A DNA stretch of 63,922 bases, counting the filler, from Octopus bimaculoides (taxonomy: Eukaryota), in assembly GCF_001194135.2 (NCBI RefSeq). It is 6 parts of 5 records of this genome, joined end to end, with 100 filler letters (N's around TTAATTAATTAA, not from the genome) between each part and the next. Parts side by side here need not be neighbours in the genome. Positions count along the whole stretch, not along the records: positions 1 to 25,999 come from NC_068981.1; positions 26,100 to 41,132 come from NC_068988.1; 4 more parts are not named here. The stretch is one strand, 5' to 3'. Made by a program: the position numbers and the translations under genes. The notes under the pieces are model-generated. The model was given only the letters and a program-made list of their open reading frames with translations. It was not told the DNA's origin and did no database searches. Every line of letters begins with the position of its first letter. The first letter of the stretch is position 1. Shown here one piece after another: positions 13,681 through 27,390 of the stretch.

Positions 13681-14653
13681 TACGTATATATATGCATATA
13701 CTCATTTACTATTTGTTTATATNNNNNNNNNNNNNNNNNNNNNNNNNNNNNNNNNNNNNNNNNNNNNNNNNNNNNNNNNNNNNNNNNNNNNNNNNNNNNN
13801 NNNNNNNNNNNNNNNNNNNNNNNNNNNNNNNNNNNNNNNNNNNNNNNNNNNNNNNNNNNNNNNNNNNNNNNNNNNNNNNNNNNNNNNNNNNNNNNNNNNN
13901 NNNNNNNNNNNNNNNNNNNNNNNNNNNNNNNNNNNNNNNNNNNNNNNNNNNNNNNNNNNNNNNNNNNNNNNNNNNNNNNNNNNNNNNNNNNNNNNNNNNN
14001 NNNNNNNNNNNNNNNNNNNNNNNNNNNNNNNNNNNNNNNNNNNNNNNNNNNNNNNNNNNNNNNNNNNNNNNNNNNNNNNNNNNNNNNNNNNNNNNNNNNN
14101 NNNNNNNNNNNNNNNNNNNNNNNNNNNNNNNNNNNNNNNNNNNNNNNNNNNNNNNNNNNNNNNNNNNNNNNNNNNNNNNNNNNNNNNNNNNNNNNNNNNN
14201 NNNNNNNNNNNNNNNNNNNNNNNNNNNNNNNNNNNNNNNNNNNNNNNNNNNNNNNNNNNNNNNNNNNNNNNNNNNNNNNNNNNNNNNNNNNNNNNNNNNN
14301 NNNNNNNNNNNNNNNNNNNNNNNNNNNNNNNNNNNNNNNNNNNNNNNNNNNNNNNNNNNNNNNNNNNNNNNNNNNNNNNNNNNNNNNNNNNNNNNNNNNN
14401 NNNNNNNNNNNNNNNNNNNNNNNNNNNNNNNNNNNNNNNNNNNNNNNNNNNNNNNNNNNNNNNNNNNNNNNNNNNNNNNNNNNNNNNNNNNNNNNNNNNN
14501 NNNNNNNNNNNNNNNNNNNNNNNNNNNNNNNNNNNNNNNNNNNNNNNNNNNNNNNNNNNNNNNNNNNNNNNNNNNNNNNNNNNNNNNNNNNNNNNNNNNN
14601 NNNNNNNNNNNNNNNNNNNNNNNNNNNNNNNNNNNNNNNNNNNNNNNNNNCAT

Positions 14654-15500
14654 AGGGTGCGAGGGGTAACCTATTGCAATTTTATATTTTTGATTTCGCG
14701 CATGTGCGTTGTTTATCTTTCATTTTGTCGACTAAAAATATAGTCGCGTCTGTTGGGCAACGTCTGTGAGAACAATGGCACCATGACGCAATTCACTCCG
14801 CCAGAAATTTGAAAACGGCATACCTGTACTGCTTGTTAATCGCACAGGAATCTCCAATATCAACATTTCAGAATGTTTAGGTGACTCTCCGAGAACAGTG
14901 CAGTCTGAGGATATGTACCGAGTGTGATTAAAATAAAGCATCCAGTGAACATCATGGAGTTTGGAGTGATCAGTAGTTATGGCGACGTTATGCCTCCATT
15001 CATCTTACCACAGGGCCTCAAACTCAACACGGAAGCCTACATCAAGTGCCTGGAAGACGTAATGCAGCCCAGTGAGAAAAAAGTAACTGCTGGAAGAACC
15101 TATGTCTGGTAACAAGACTCGGCACCAATCCACACAACCAGGTTAACCCAGTTATGGCTGTCGGACGATATCTGTGACCAAATCACCCCTAACGTCTGGC
15201 CACCTAACTCCCCAGACTGCAAACCCTTTGATTATTTTGTGTGGCTCACAGTTGAGCGAGATGATCTGAAGGCAAGGATTACGGCAGCATTCACGAATAT
15301 AAAAAGGAAACCGGCCCAAAATAGTTGCAGGAGATTCCGAAGTCATCTGGAAGCCGTTGTTGAAGCCAATGGCAATTTTTTTGAATAAATTTACTCTTAT
15401 GTATTTCAAGATATTTTCATGCAATTTTGGCAAATTTGAGATGTGAGTGTTATTTTCACTCTTAAGTAATTTCAACGATAGTGTATTCACCGTACCCAGA
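14654..15500 (+). mobile_element. Internally deleted DD37D (maT-type) Tc1/mariner element
   Basis: KHPVNIMEFGVISSYGDVMPPF, YVW*QDSAP, VWPPNSPDCKPFDY, RFRSHLEAVVEANG. The N-terminal piece (ISECLG..RTVQ) is joined directly to the catalytic region. TIR-like TAGGGTGCGAGGGGTAA at the left end. Confidence 0.85.
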
Positions 15501-15527
15501 ATATACATACATACATACATATATATG

Positions 15528-15559
<32 letters not shown>

Positions 15560-15629
15560 TACACATTGAAAATTATGGGCAAGTTTTAAGACGTTTATGT
15601 ATATTCTTTCATTTTGTCATTTTGTTACT

Positions 15630-15850
15630 TGTTTCAGCCATTTGAATGCGGCCATATTGGAGCACGGCCGTTAGTCAATTAAATCGACACCACGACTTAT
15701 TCGTTGTAAGCCTAGTACTTATTCTATTGACATCTCTCCTCGAAGCGCTAAGTTACGGGGACGTAAACACACCACCATCGGTTGTCAACCGATGTTGGGG
15801 GAGAAATACGCAGACACAAACACACACACACACAAACATATACATATATA
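15630..15850 (-). mobile_element. SINE 3' portion (internal-microsatellite family)
   Basis: GTAAGCCTAGTACTTATTC..CTAAGTTACGGGGACGTAAACACACC..GGTTGTCAA shared with other copies. Confidence 0.85.
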
Positions 15851-15876
15851 TATATATATGCCCCTGCCGTGTGTGT

Positions 15877-15924
<48 letters not shown>

Positions 15925-16914
15925 CTCTCTATAACAATAATAAATTTTGAAAATTGATGAAGGAGGAAGCCTCAGTGGCTCTTTCAATATAATTACAGAA
16001 ATGTTGTTCCACACCTTCTAACCAGTTTCAATATTTTTTTTAACAGTCCTTGTATTCTTCATCACTGTGAGTATCAACGTCGTACAACCATTTTACTGTG
16101 TTACTCAGTATTTATTCTACCGCCTATAATGTTATACAGTTCAAAAACAGCATCTTCCTGTTTATACACTTGCTATAGCGTTCCTTTCAAAATGGTAAAA
16201 TGAATTATTTTTTTATGAAAAATTGAATGATGCCTTCTGAAATTTCTTGAACTTTCACTTTCTTCATCGTGACATTCATCCAATTGTGAATTTCATAACA
16301 TTTAGTACATGTTCCAAATAAATGTTGCCTTTCTGTACTCTCTTACATTGGTGATGCCTACTATCTCTTGCTAAATTGGTGACTTCCCATTTGTTATAGC
16401 ATAACTATGCTACAGAAAGTATGTTCTGCACCTATATTGACAAGATTTCGTTTCGTTTGAACTTCGTGTGTGTACGCTTTAATGTTTTTAATATCATCAA
16501 TTCTATGCGTGTGTGTGCGTGTGTGTGTGTGCGTGTGTGTGTGTGCGTGTGTGTGTGTGTGTGTGCGCGTTTGTGTGTGTGTGTGTGTGTTTCTCCGTTC
16601 GTTACTATAGTAAAGAACATTTTACGCTGTTTTAATGACCCCCACATGTAATGAAGTAACTATAGTTATGGTTGTTGATCCCATTGAAAATCATGATATT
16701 CTCATTCGTGTTCAAGACAACAACATTAAATGTGCTTCACAGACTCATCCCTGTTATGATGTTCTCAAGTATAATGTTATTCTGTGAAATAGACAAAATG
16801 GGTATTATTTCAATATCCCTCGGATGGAACCTGCAACAGGATAGCCAATTACAAACAAAAGGGTGTCGTCAAACGACATCTATTCTTACCAACTGATGTT
16901 AAGACCAGAGTAAT

Positions 16915-17015
16915 CAAACCCTTTCTACTATAGGCATAAGGCTGGAAATTTCGGGGGAGGGGACCAGTCAATTACATCGATCCCAGTGTCTCACTGGTAC
17001 TTAATTTATCGACTT
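16915..17015 (-). mobile_element. SINE fragment (55093 family)
   Basis: ATCGATCCCAGTGTCTCACTGGTACTTAATTTATCGAC. Confidence 0.75.
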
Positions 17016-17525
17016 ATTTATAATAAGTATAAATATTAAACTATTTTTTGGTAATTTTCTTATCCTCTCTCTCTAGGGGTAAAATTTGGTATATACTCAA
17101 AAGTATTCAAAGAAGGTTTATCCTTTTTGTTATAATATCATTTTTTAATAACCTTCTTGATTACCCTATATTTTAACTTTATACAATAAGGCAATATTGT
17201 TTGAAATGATCTTTAGAAATTATTTGTATATAGTTAGCATGTTCTTTTACCTCAGTGCACCTTTATTAAATACAAGTATATACCAATTAATAAATATTCA
17301 CAGATACCATCTAATGAGTTAGTATTTAATTATATAATATTTATAAATATTAAACTATTTCTGGATTATTTATTTTCCTCTCTCTATTGCGATAAAAGTT
17401 TGTTATATACAAAAGTATTCAAATTATTTTTATCGTTTTATTATAATATTCTTCTTCATAATCTTTTGATTAACCCTAAATTTTAACTGCATACAATATA
17501 GCAACATTGTTTAAAATATTTAACT
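17015..17525. repeat. Diverged direct duplication, about 200-bp units with about 310-bp period
   Basis: TATAAATATTAAACTATTT..CTCTCTCT..AAAAGTATTCAAA..TTTTAACT..ATACAATA..ATTGTTT occurs at 17015-17215 and again at 17325-17525. Confidence 0.7.
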
Positions 17526-18257
17526 ATAGTACTACATGATAAAATTTCCCCTGTTTGATTATCAATGGTCTACTAGCGGCCGCCCCCTTAATTGTCAGCT
17601 AACATCTTGATTTAAGTTTTCCTTTACCAAACCACATGATATTGATTTTAATAAATCTTGATTTTTATTACTATAACCACTATTATTTGTCTGCTCCCTC
17701 AGCCCTACCCCTAACTGGCACTGCCCCTTGTTCTCCAGCCTTAGATATAAAAGGATTTGATAAAACTAGTCTATAGATTAAAACTGACCACATACAAAAA
17801 CAGTGACAAGCAAAAATCTGTAACAAGTCTCTCTTCCTGATACCTTGGTAGCTTCTAAGCCGAAGGCAGCATGTTCTTTGTCTTTCTTCTAAACTTTTTG
17901 GAGATTTTAGGTAAAATTCTACTACTGTGTCCATCTGTTTTAATTTAATTAAATTCTATGTATTTGTGCAGGTGAGGATTGCTTTGCATTTAAATAGGTG
18001 TAATGATGGCATTGTTCATGTAAATGAGGTTGCATGAAACGATCGTATTGCATTAACTTTGGATATCCTTGTTGCTTATATATATATATTATACATATAT
18101 CCGTGTCTGTATGTGTGTGTATCCGTGCGTTTGTGGGTGTGCAAACGAATGTATGTGTATTTATTAAGAGACGTTAATATGTATTGTAACATTTGAATAA
18201 TTTTTTTCTCAGCATATCTCTCTGTATCTATCTTTCTATCTATCAATCTGCCGATCA

Positions 18258-18295
<38 letters not shown>

Positions 18296-19899
18296 NNNNN
18301 NNNNNNNNNNNNNNNNNNNNNNNNNNNNNNNNNNNNNNNNNNNNNNNNNNNNNNNNNNNNNNNNNNNNNNNNNNNNNNNNNNNNNNNNNNNNNNNNNNNN
18401 NNNNNNNNNNNNNNNNNNNNNNNNNNNNNNNNNNNNNNNNNNNNNNNNNNNNNNNNNNNNNNNNNNNNNNTATATATATATATATGCACACACAAAAACA
18501 CACGTATACAAATATCAGATAAATGCTAATTAGATAAATAAATATAAACTGACAGACATTGAATTGAATCTGGAGATTCATATCTTATATTCTAATCTTG
18601 TAATACTACTCAAGTTACAAATTATTCAAAAATCTGCACTTTCCGTTTAAATTGTGCAGAAAGCTTATCGTTTCGAAATCTCTATTTTACGTTTACTCTA
18701 TCTAGTGTTACTGTTTCCCTTTCATGTCTTCTATCTATTTCTTGATTAGCTATCTGACATCATTTTCAAAGCAAATACATTTTCTGTTTTCTTTTTATCT
18801 CTATAGATAACTTTCTAAAGTAACTGCATTCATCATTAATACTAAATTTATCTAAACTCTAACATGAATAATTACATATTTTAAAATAGATTTAATGATT
18901 TTTATTTGAAATATAAGGTGATACTTAACAAAGGTGCGGTTATTTTTTTCAACCAATCACAGTGTGGTTTTGATTTTAATTCACCTCTTTCCTTGGTGTC
19001 GATATATTCCAATACCCTGCAACATGTTTGAATGAAAGTATCAAATGTAATAGTCATCTTGCATTTCATGTAGCCATTTCAGTATTTATGAAATCAATAT
19101 TGTATGTAGTTCTATATTCATATATGAAAAAGCTTATACACAAGCAAGGGATATTATAAAATGTAACTCTCTACGGAGGTAATCATGCAAAAAAAAAAAA
19201 AAAGAATCAATTTGGGGAATTGTGACTGAAATAGCATCACAACGCCTATGACAAACCAATGTTGGTCCAAATGCTTAATGCACTAAAATATAAATCAAAA
19301 TCATATCCATGCATTTTCTTTATTAATATCAGTGGATTAAGTATTAATTCAGACACAAGGTGGGTAGTAAATGTTTTACGCAATACCATAAAAGAGCGCA
19401 AACAGAAGGAAAGTGTAGAAACACAACCAAATTATGTTTTATAGATGCAAACAACCATCATATATTTAAGAAATACATTCCAATTAAACGAATCAATTGG
19501 AATTAGCATTAATGTTGGCACCGCGAAATATTCTATAATTCAACCACTGAGGCATTTGAATTATAAATTTAAGAATCGTTAAAGAATTTAATTAAAGCAA
19601 AATAATGCTGAATTTTGCTAAAGCAATAATTTAATGTAATTTGGCAATATATAGAAATCAAATTAAAACCATGTATTTTGTGAAATAAATCTGACTTTCC
19701 TGCTGATAGTAAGTTGGAGGTCCATTAATATTCATATATTACCTTATATTTTACAGGTAATTCATTGCAAATCACTTATTTTTGTTATGATCTGCGAGAA
19801 ATATAATAATGAAGCCAGGAATAAAATACAATATTACGCAAGATTGGAATTTGCAACAATGAGAACAAACTATATCAAGTATCTACTTTTGGAGGAGGT

Positions 19900-21330
19900 A
19901 TAGCAATAAGATAGTCACATTTAATGCTCTCTGGATATAAGAGTATGTGAATTAAACAGCTCTTTCATATTTACCTGTATGGAGAATCTCATATATCTAC
20001 CTATCTATGAGCAAATCTTAAACTGATGCATGTATTTTTGAAGTAAATACGCCATTAATTTTAACGTGTTTGCAATTTAGACGACAATTTCTAAAATCCT
20101 TCATATATTTCAATGCTTCTTACTATTCAAAATCACTAAATCACAAACAAATTATGAAGTTTTCTGAATTGACAGAACAAGGAGTATTTGTAACAAAACA
20201 GAAATGTCAGAGAATATCAAATATTCTAAATAAGGCGAGACTTCCTCTTGAAAAGCAAAGATTGCTTTATTAGGTACTAATATCTGATATGCCTGCTGAA
20301 ACTCAAATTGCAGCCAATTCTGTTCGTCCACTGCCAACGGCATGTTTAACAAATTTACAGAAACTCTCAAAACTTATTTAACTAAATGTACGCCTAGGCC
20401 AAACGTACTACTTCCTTGAAGAAATGTGCAAATTGGCACCTTCATTGATGATATCTTTAAAGCGAACAAATTCCACTAGAGTCCTTCGAAACATTTTTTC
20501 ATAACTTCATTTTTCCCACAGCAACTCAATTATATAAACCAAAAAACGTCAGTTCCCCAAAACCAACAAAACAAAAAAGTAACATATAATTTAAGCATTT
20601 TAATTCAGAGCTAACCTATATACTCAGGAAACTGAATATTTTTTTATCTATATAGATCGATCCAAATGTTTAAAGAATGCTGCCTTATATCACATCATTC
20701 TAGAGATATCCTTGACCTTGTAAACTATCACATAATGATTTTATTTCACATATCTCAAACGTAGTAGATAAAACTATTAACACCGTTGCTTCTCAGTAAA
20801 GGAGAGGCCACCGAGGAATTATTCTTGCACGTTGTTAACTTGTTTGCATGGTTTCAGAACCCAACTCTTATAACTCTCAATAAAGTGCATACGGATATAT
20901 TACCCGCCTTAGGGAGTTCATTGGTTTCTGATAATGTAGATTGGCAACTGCCAGCCATATCGAACCATTGAATTGTTCGATAATAAGTTTCACTCTGTTG
21001 CACAATTTCTCGAGTCCCTGGTTCCAACATATTCATTCAAATTCCCCGAAACCATCCTTCATCATATCAACAACGGAAACTTTTAATTGCTCACAAAAAG
21101 ATTGGTTGGTTCGTTCTTAATCTTCGTTTGAAAGCCTTCGTCCACGTTGGGAGGAAGGAAGTGGGGTCATAACCGAAAGCTTTTCAACAGAAAATATTTT
21201 TCTAAATCCCACTAAATGGCAAAACCAACAAAGTTCATTTTTATAGCAATGCATTAATATTCGTCTCTTCATAACTTCCTCGACACAGGTATTGTCGACA
21301 ATGCAACTGGTTGACTCATAAAATATCTGT
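19900..21330 (-). mobile_element. Possible very old transposase relic (hAT-like?)
   Basis: Only weak motifs on the minus strand (KNELCWFCHL, GFRGI, HSLNI); family not established. Confidence 0.2.
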
Positions 21331-21439
21331 TTCAGGCCCAAGAAACCTCAAAAACATCTTACAATAAACAAACACGCCGAAAATCACTATCAGGGATCGG
21401 TAACAAGAATACTTTATGTATTGTAAAATTATATGCTTA

Positions 21440-21800
21440 AAAACACTGGCCCTCCGTCGGTTATGACGATGAGTATTCCAGTTGCTCTGACCAACAGAAC
21501 AGCTTCCTCGTGAAATTAACGTGCAAGTGTCTGGGATGCTCCACAGATAGGAGCTCCACAGATAGGAGCTCCACAGACACGCGTACCATTAACGTAGCTC
21601 TCAGGGAGAGTCAGCGTGACACACATTGTGACAACTCCAGCCATTTGAATTAGAGGTATTACCAATTTATGTCAGATGAGGGAACTAGAGCAACGTAAAA
21701 TATAGTATCCTGCTCAAGGACACAAGCGGCAGATATTACGATTCACGGCCTGACAGTCGTTACCGGAATTCTTCTAATCGATAAGCCACGCACCTTCATG
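21440..21800 (-). mobile_element. tRNA-headed SINE sharing its 3' domain with the 49228 copy
   Basis: CTCGTGAAATTAACGTGCAAGTG..CAGCGTGACAC is the reverse complement of the 49228 body; head remnant TGCTCAAGGACACAA..AAGCCACGCACCTTCA. Confidence 0.8.
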
Positions 21801-21868
21801 CTTATACTGGCACAAAACACACACACATACACACACACATACACACGCACACACACACACACACACAC

Positions 21869-21926
<58 letters not shown>

Positions 21927-22659
21927 GGGGAATTTTTTTATGGGATGAAACAAACTAACAGGTATGCACCTTGGGTATTCAGATTGGTATACTGCTAAAA
22001 TTCCGGTTTGAACAGCAGTTGAAAATGTGATTTTGTTACGACCTTTCTAAAGCAGCTAGAAGTGGATTCTCCTTGAGCAGGTATATATTAAAACAGAATA
22101 GTCATAAATTAAAAACAGCAATAAAAGGTATACGGTTTGGGAAGACTTGAAAAAGAACATTTAATTTAGCTATATTATAACACGCTTTATAATAATGTTT
22201 TTTTATGTATACATTATATTATGTAGCTAATTACAATGTCCTTAACAAGTCTCGCCAAAACGCTTGCATTTTCATTTNNNNNNNNNNNNNNNNNNNNNNN
22301 NNNNNNNNNNNNNNNNNNNNNNNNNNNNNNNNNNNNNNNNNNNNNNNNNNNNNNNNNNNNNNNNNNNNNNNNNNNNNNNNNNNNNNNNNNNNNNNNNNNN
22401 NNNNNNNNNNNNNNNNNNNNNNNNNNNNNNNNNNNNNNNNNNNNNNNNNNNNNNNNNNNNNNNNNNNNNNNNNNNNNNNNNNNNNNNNNNNNNNNNNNNN
22501 NNNNNNNNNNNNNNNATATATATAGATATATATATATATATACATATAGTTGAAATTTACAGAACAAAACATGATGGCAAATGTATGTACAATATGCAGT
22601 TATATTAGCTTGACGCACAGGAAAGTGAGAAAGTCTTCGCTCTTCAACAGAAAGAGATG

Positions 22660-24800
22660 TATACTTTGGCCCATTTTTCTAATCCGAAATTCATATTTAT
22701 TTCTTTGGTAAATAAATGTACTGTCTGTAGTAGTGTTTCTAGCTCTTTATCACTTCTAGCGTATGGTTTTAGGTCATCCATATATAAAAGGTGGCTGATT
22801 GTTTTGCCCTAAAATTTGTATCCGCATTCAGTTCTATTTAGCATGTCAGATAAAGGTGTCAGTGCCAAGCAGAACAGGAGTGGAGACAGCGTGTCCCTCT
22901 GGAATATTCTTCTTCTAATGGGGATGGCTTCGGTTTTCACGAGTCCCTCTTTTGTTTGGAGCTGCAGCACTGTCTGTCATTTATTCATAGAGTGTCTTAT
23001 GTATTTTATAATTATCAGTGCTACCTTTTTTATGGCTCGTGTTTCGAGGATCCACGTGTGGAGAACGCTATCGAAAGCATTTCGGTAATCGATCCAGGCC
23101 ATAAAAAGGCCTTTCGTCTTTCTGTGGCTGTTTTCAGTTATAGCTTTATTGATCATTAATTGATCTTTACAACCATATGAGCCCTTGCAACATCCCTTCT
23201 GCTCTCCTGGAAACATGTTTTTTTTCTTTCAGGTACTTACACAATCTCTGCGATATTATTGCAGTAAAGGCTTTGTAGATTGTAGGGAGACAGATTATAG
23301 GTCTGTAGATTTGTGGTTTTGCCGTTTCCGTGGATTTGGGAATCAGGATGGTTTCCCTTTTCGTGTGACATTCAGGCATTGTCTCTGGCTCTGCTAGTAT
23401 GTTGCTAAAGTTTTCAGCCAGCTTTTTTGCGTATTACTGTCAGATATTTTTACCAGAAGTTGGGGATCTTGTCGTGCCCAGGTACCTTCCAGTTGTTTAG
23501 TCTTTATAGTGCCTGGGTGACCCCTTCAGTTGTTATAGGGGTCCAGAGTTGCTCAGATGCTAAGTTCGTTGCTTTAATAGTCCTTTTCTTAGTTTGTTCC
23601 TACACCGACCATATTTCTTTCCAAAATTCTTCCAATTCTTCTGCTGTTGGTGCTGCAGTAATGTTTATTTTATTTGTGCCAGTATTTTTATTTCCTTCTT
23701 GTTACTTAGTACAGTTGATTGTCTACTACTTCCTTAAGAATCGATATATCTTTTCTCTTTTTTTTTTATTTGTTTTTATATTATTTATCCACAGGGTTTG
23801 TTTGGGTGGTGGAACTCCTGTTTGGATGGGTTTGAGGGAGTATCATGCTTCTTTTGTGGCTGCAGTGGCTGCTGCATATATTATGTCATTTAGCTCAGTG
23901 ATATTGCCATTTGTTTCTGTGGCTATTAGTTACGTGACGGCCAGGTTTATGCTATTTATTATTGATGTTGTTGTATTGCCTATTTCTATTTTTAGGGATT
24001 ATAATCGGTGGTCCATTCTGAGATCTGTAGTTTTCAGTTCTTTCATTATTCTCATTTTTATAGTATCATAATGATTAGGTTCCCCTTCTAAAACAAATCC
24101 AGGTTTTAGATTTGTTTAGCCTTCCTTCTCATTCATATGTTTGTCTGTGGTGTTCTGGATTGGTGCGTTTTGTACATAAATATACATCCTTACGGTCTGG
24201 GTTTGTTGTCTTTTGTTTCCGTCGTTTTGGCTGGAAATGTTACGTTTGTCTTCGTGTTTTACTATCTCAGTCTTGATATTAATTGGCATTGGTGTGTGCC
24301 TACTATCTACATTTCCCTGATGTATTTTTCCTTTAAATCGTTCTATTTCTATTTCTGATATTTTTTTGGCTTTGAGAATATATATTCGTACGTTAGCTAG
24401 TTTATTAGGCTTCATTGCTGTATCCAAGTCTTTATTTAGGTTATTTAGGTTATTTAGGTTATGTTCTTGAATTTTCGTTTTTGGGTAGAGCACTGCTGTA
24501 AAATAAGCGTGTAGGATGTAAAATAAGCGTCTTATACCTTTTTGGTTTTATTTGCGGGACGTGAGGAACAACGCCTGGCCCTTTATTTTGACGGTCATCA
24601 TTTTCGTAGGGTACCGGTCCGTTCATTTGTCAAATTGTTTTGCACGTGTAGTTTTTCGTACTTTTTGTGTAACAAGTTTAAAGTATGCATTCCCGACTGT
24701 TTTTCTTGGGTTGAATTATACAGGTATTGTTTAATTTATTTGTAATTGTTTTGTACATGGTATTTGGGGCCGGCGATGGTCCGGTGTTGAGGGATCGTAA
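22660..24800 (-). mobile_element. Dong/R4-clade non-LTR retrotransposon, decayed, 3' truncated
   Basis: RT motifs YRPIICLPTIYK, EQKGCCKGSYGCKDQLMINK, AWIDYRNAFDSV, IFQRDTLSPLLFCLAL, SHLLYMDDLK (YMDD at 22773-22784), EFGLEK. Many stops and frameshifts. Confidence 0.88.
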
Positions 24801-25030
24801 TGTATCCAGCGTGTTTACATGTGCTGTGCGAGCAGTGGAGATGATATCCAGTTAAAATAATCATTTCATTTGGAAAGTAGAAATAAATTTCAATGAGTAT
24901 TACTTACTCCGATATAGTTCAACCCTTTGTCAGCTATTTTTGGCTTCATGTGATGTCTTTATTCCCAATGCTTTTGGATAAATTCCGGAGCAGTTTCTTC
25001 TCGCTCTCACGTGTTAAACATCACAGGTGT

Positions 25031-25057
25031 CTTCTTCTTCTTCTTCTTCTTCTTCTT

Positions 25058-25143
<86 letters not shown>

Positions 25144-25310
25144 TANNNNNNNNNNTATTATTATTATTATTATTATTACTATTAATATTATTATTATTAG
25201 TATTAGTAGTAGTAGTAGTAGTAGTATCATCATCATTATTCAGGTCCCTGCCTGGAACCGAACTCGGAATCTTGGGGATAGTAGCCCGCGCACTTAGTCA
25301 CTACACATAA
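25031..25310 (-). mobile_element. tRNA-headed SINE with (TAA)n/(GAA)n array, left member of a head-to-head pair
   Basis: Reverse complement reads TGTGTAGTGACTAAGTGCGCGGGCTACTATCCCCAAGATTCCGAGTTCGGTTCCAGGCAGGGACCTGAATAATAA then trinucleotide arrays. Confidence 0.75.
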
Positions 25311-25321
25311 ATAGTGTCCAA

Positions 25322-25700
<379 letters not shown>

Positions 25701-26099
25701 GCTTAGTACTTCGACAGTCATTCAAACTTTCAGTATTACGTAGATATAAATCTCCATGATTCAAATTATTTCCCTTCCTTATTTTGAGTGAGCATGCAAT
25801 TGACATCATATATATATATATATATATATATAAACAATATATGAGTATATGCATATATATGTACATGTATGTATATACGTTCATCCACATGTACATATAG
25901 ATACATAACTGGGTACATGACGTGGCAAAAGAGCAAGGACAAGAAAGGTAAACAAGGTGCAACAAACAAGCAGGCCACATAGAAACATCCCCTTCATCAN
26001 NNNNNNNNNNNNNNNNNNNNNNNNNNNNNNNNNNNNNNNNNNNTTAATTAATTAANNNNNNNNNNNNNNNNNNNNNNNNNNNNNNNNNNNNNNNNNNNN

Positions 26100-26147
<48 letters not shown>

Positions 26148-27102
26148 CCTCATACAAACACATTTTGATATACACACACACAAACACGCACTAGATTATA
26201 TATATTGAAACACGGTCATACACACACGACTCTCACATACACACACACACACACATCTATTTGCTTCTGTATATGATATATACACGCCTATATGTGTATA
26301 TATATGCAACTATACACATTGCCCTTGCACCCGCTCTCCTCCCCCTCACACACACACACGCCTATACGCAGCCACATACAATCACGCGCATACACATATA
26401 CGAGCATAAGCATAGACATTCACATACACACACACACACAAACACACACAGATTCGTATATGCATATATGTACATACGCAAACACACAACTACTCAAACA
26501 CACATAGAAAGACACGCACACACACACACACACACACCCTTCCCTGCCCCCCCACCTTTTTCCTTTTCCTCGCATATAACAATAACCTTGTTTCGTATTG
26601 CTAATGTGATTCTTTTTCACATTGATGTTATAAAATCGCTTGAATCCATAACATCGCCAGTGAGGGTCGTCGTTGGTGTTTATATAGCCCTTACACACAG
26701 ACACACACCATGCACGTACCTTCCATACATACATACATACATACAATTGCTTCGAAACCGCCAGCTTCTTTATCCAGATTATAAATTTATATTCATACCA
26801 ATGATCATTGATTTTTAGAATAAATGCCTGAATTTGCAGTCTGGATTAAGCTTGGATTCTCAGGAAAAGAAATCAGCCAATTGACTCGCACATTACAAAT
26901 ATAATTTGTAAGTGGAACAGTAAAACCATGCAAGACTTTTCCCGACTTTATAGTGCGATATTACTTTTGTGTATCTGCATTCCAACGATGGAGGTTTGTA
27001 TTTTTGTAAGAAACCAGCTCCTTCTTCAGTGGATGAATTTAAATAATTAAAAGCAGACATAATATATGTATGCTTATATACATACATATGCATATATACA
27101 TA

Positions 27103-27134
<32 letters not shown>

Positions 27135-27279
27135 CACTGCTTAATCTTTAAAACCTAGTACGGTAATATAATTAACTGTGTATAAAATGAAATGACTCCT
27201 GTAACTGTATGCTTGCCAAAAAACACTGAAGAGCTTCATGAAAATATAAGAGTTGCTCCCCTTGACATATTGGTTCATC

Positions 27280-27390
27280 TCCAAGACACCTGATGAAGGC
27301 TGGAGGATATATCAGCCGAAATTCTGTGTTAACAAGAAGCAAGATGAGGACAAATATCCGTCAAATGTAAATAATGTAAATAATGTAGAG
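27280..27390 (+). mobile_element. 5'-truncated copy of the hammerhead-bearing SINE (motif at 27286-27329)
   Basis: ACAC-CTGATGA-A-GGCTG(gaggatatat)CAGCC-GAAA-TTCT-GTGT with perfect stems I and II but mutated stem III; ends in repeated AATGTAAAT. Confidence 0.75.

Noticed and set aside
17683-17934. Cys-containing minus ORF and a TATAAAAG box suggesting a piggyBac C-terminus or solo LTR
   Set aside because: Cys spacing does not fit and no LTR termini or target-site duplication were found.
18560-19740. Long unique AT-rich stretch as a conserved non-coding element
   Set aside because: No internal structure or motif enrichment that I can support without cross-species alignment.
20380-20470. HFFKEVVRL resembling a Gypsy integrase motif
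   Set aside because: An isolated match flanked by stops, with no other integrase or RT motifs.
23427-24071. 214-aa hydrophobic ORF resembling a membrane protein
   Set aside because: It is the antisense reading of the A-rich Dong/R4 LINE coding strand.
26044-26055. TTAATTAATTAA islands inside N runs (also near 41177, 48753, 54371 and 62142)
   Set aside because: An identical 12-mer flanked by Ns each time, with stops in all frames: a scaffolding linker, not biology.
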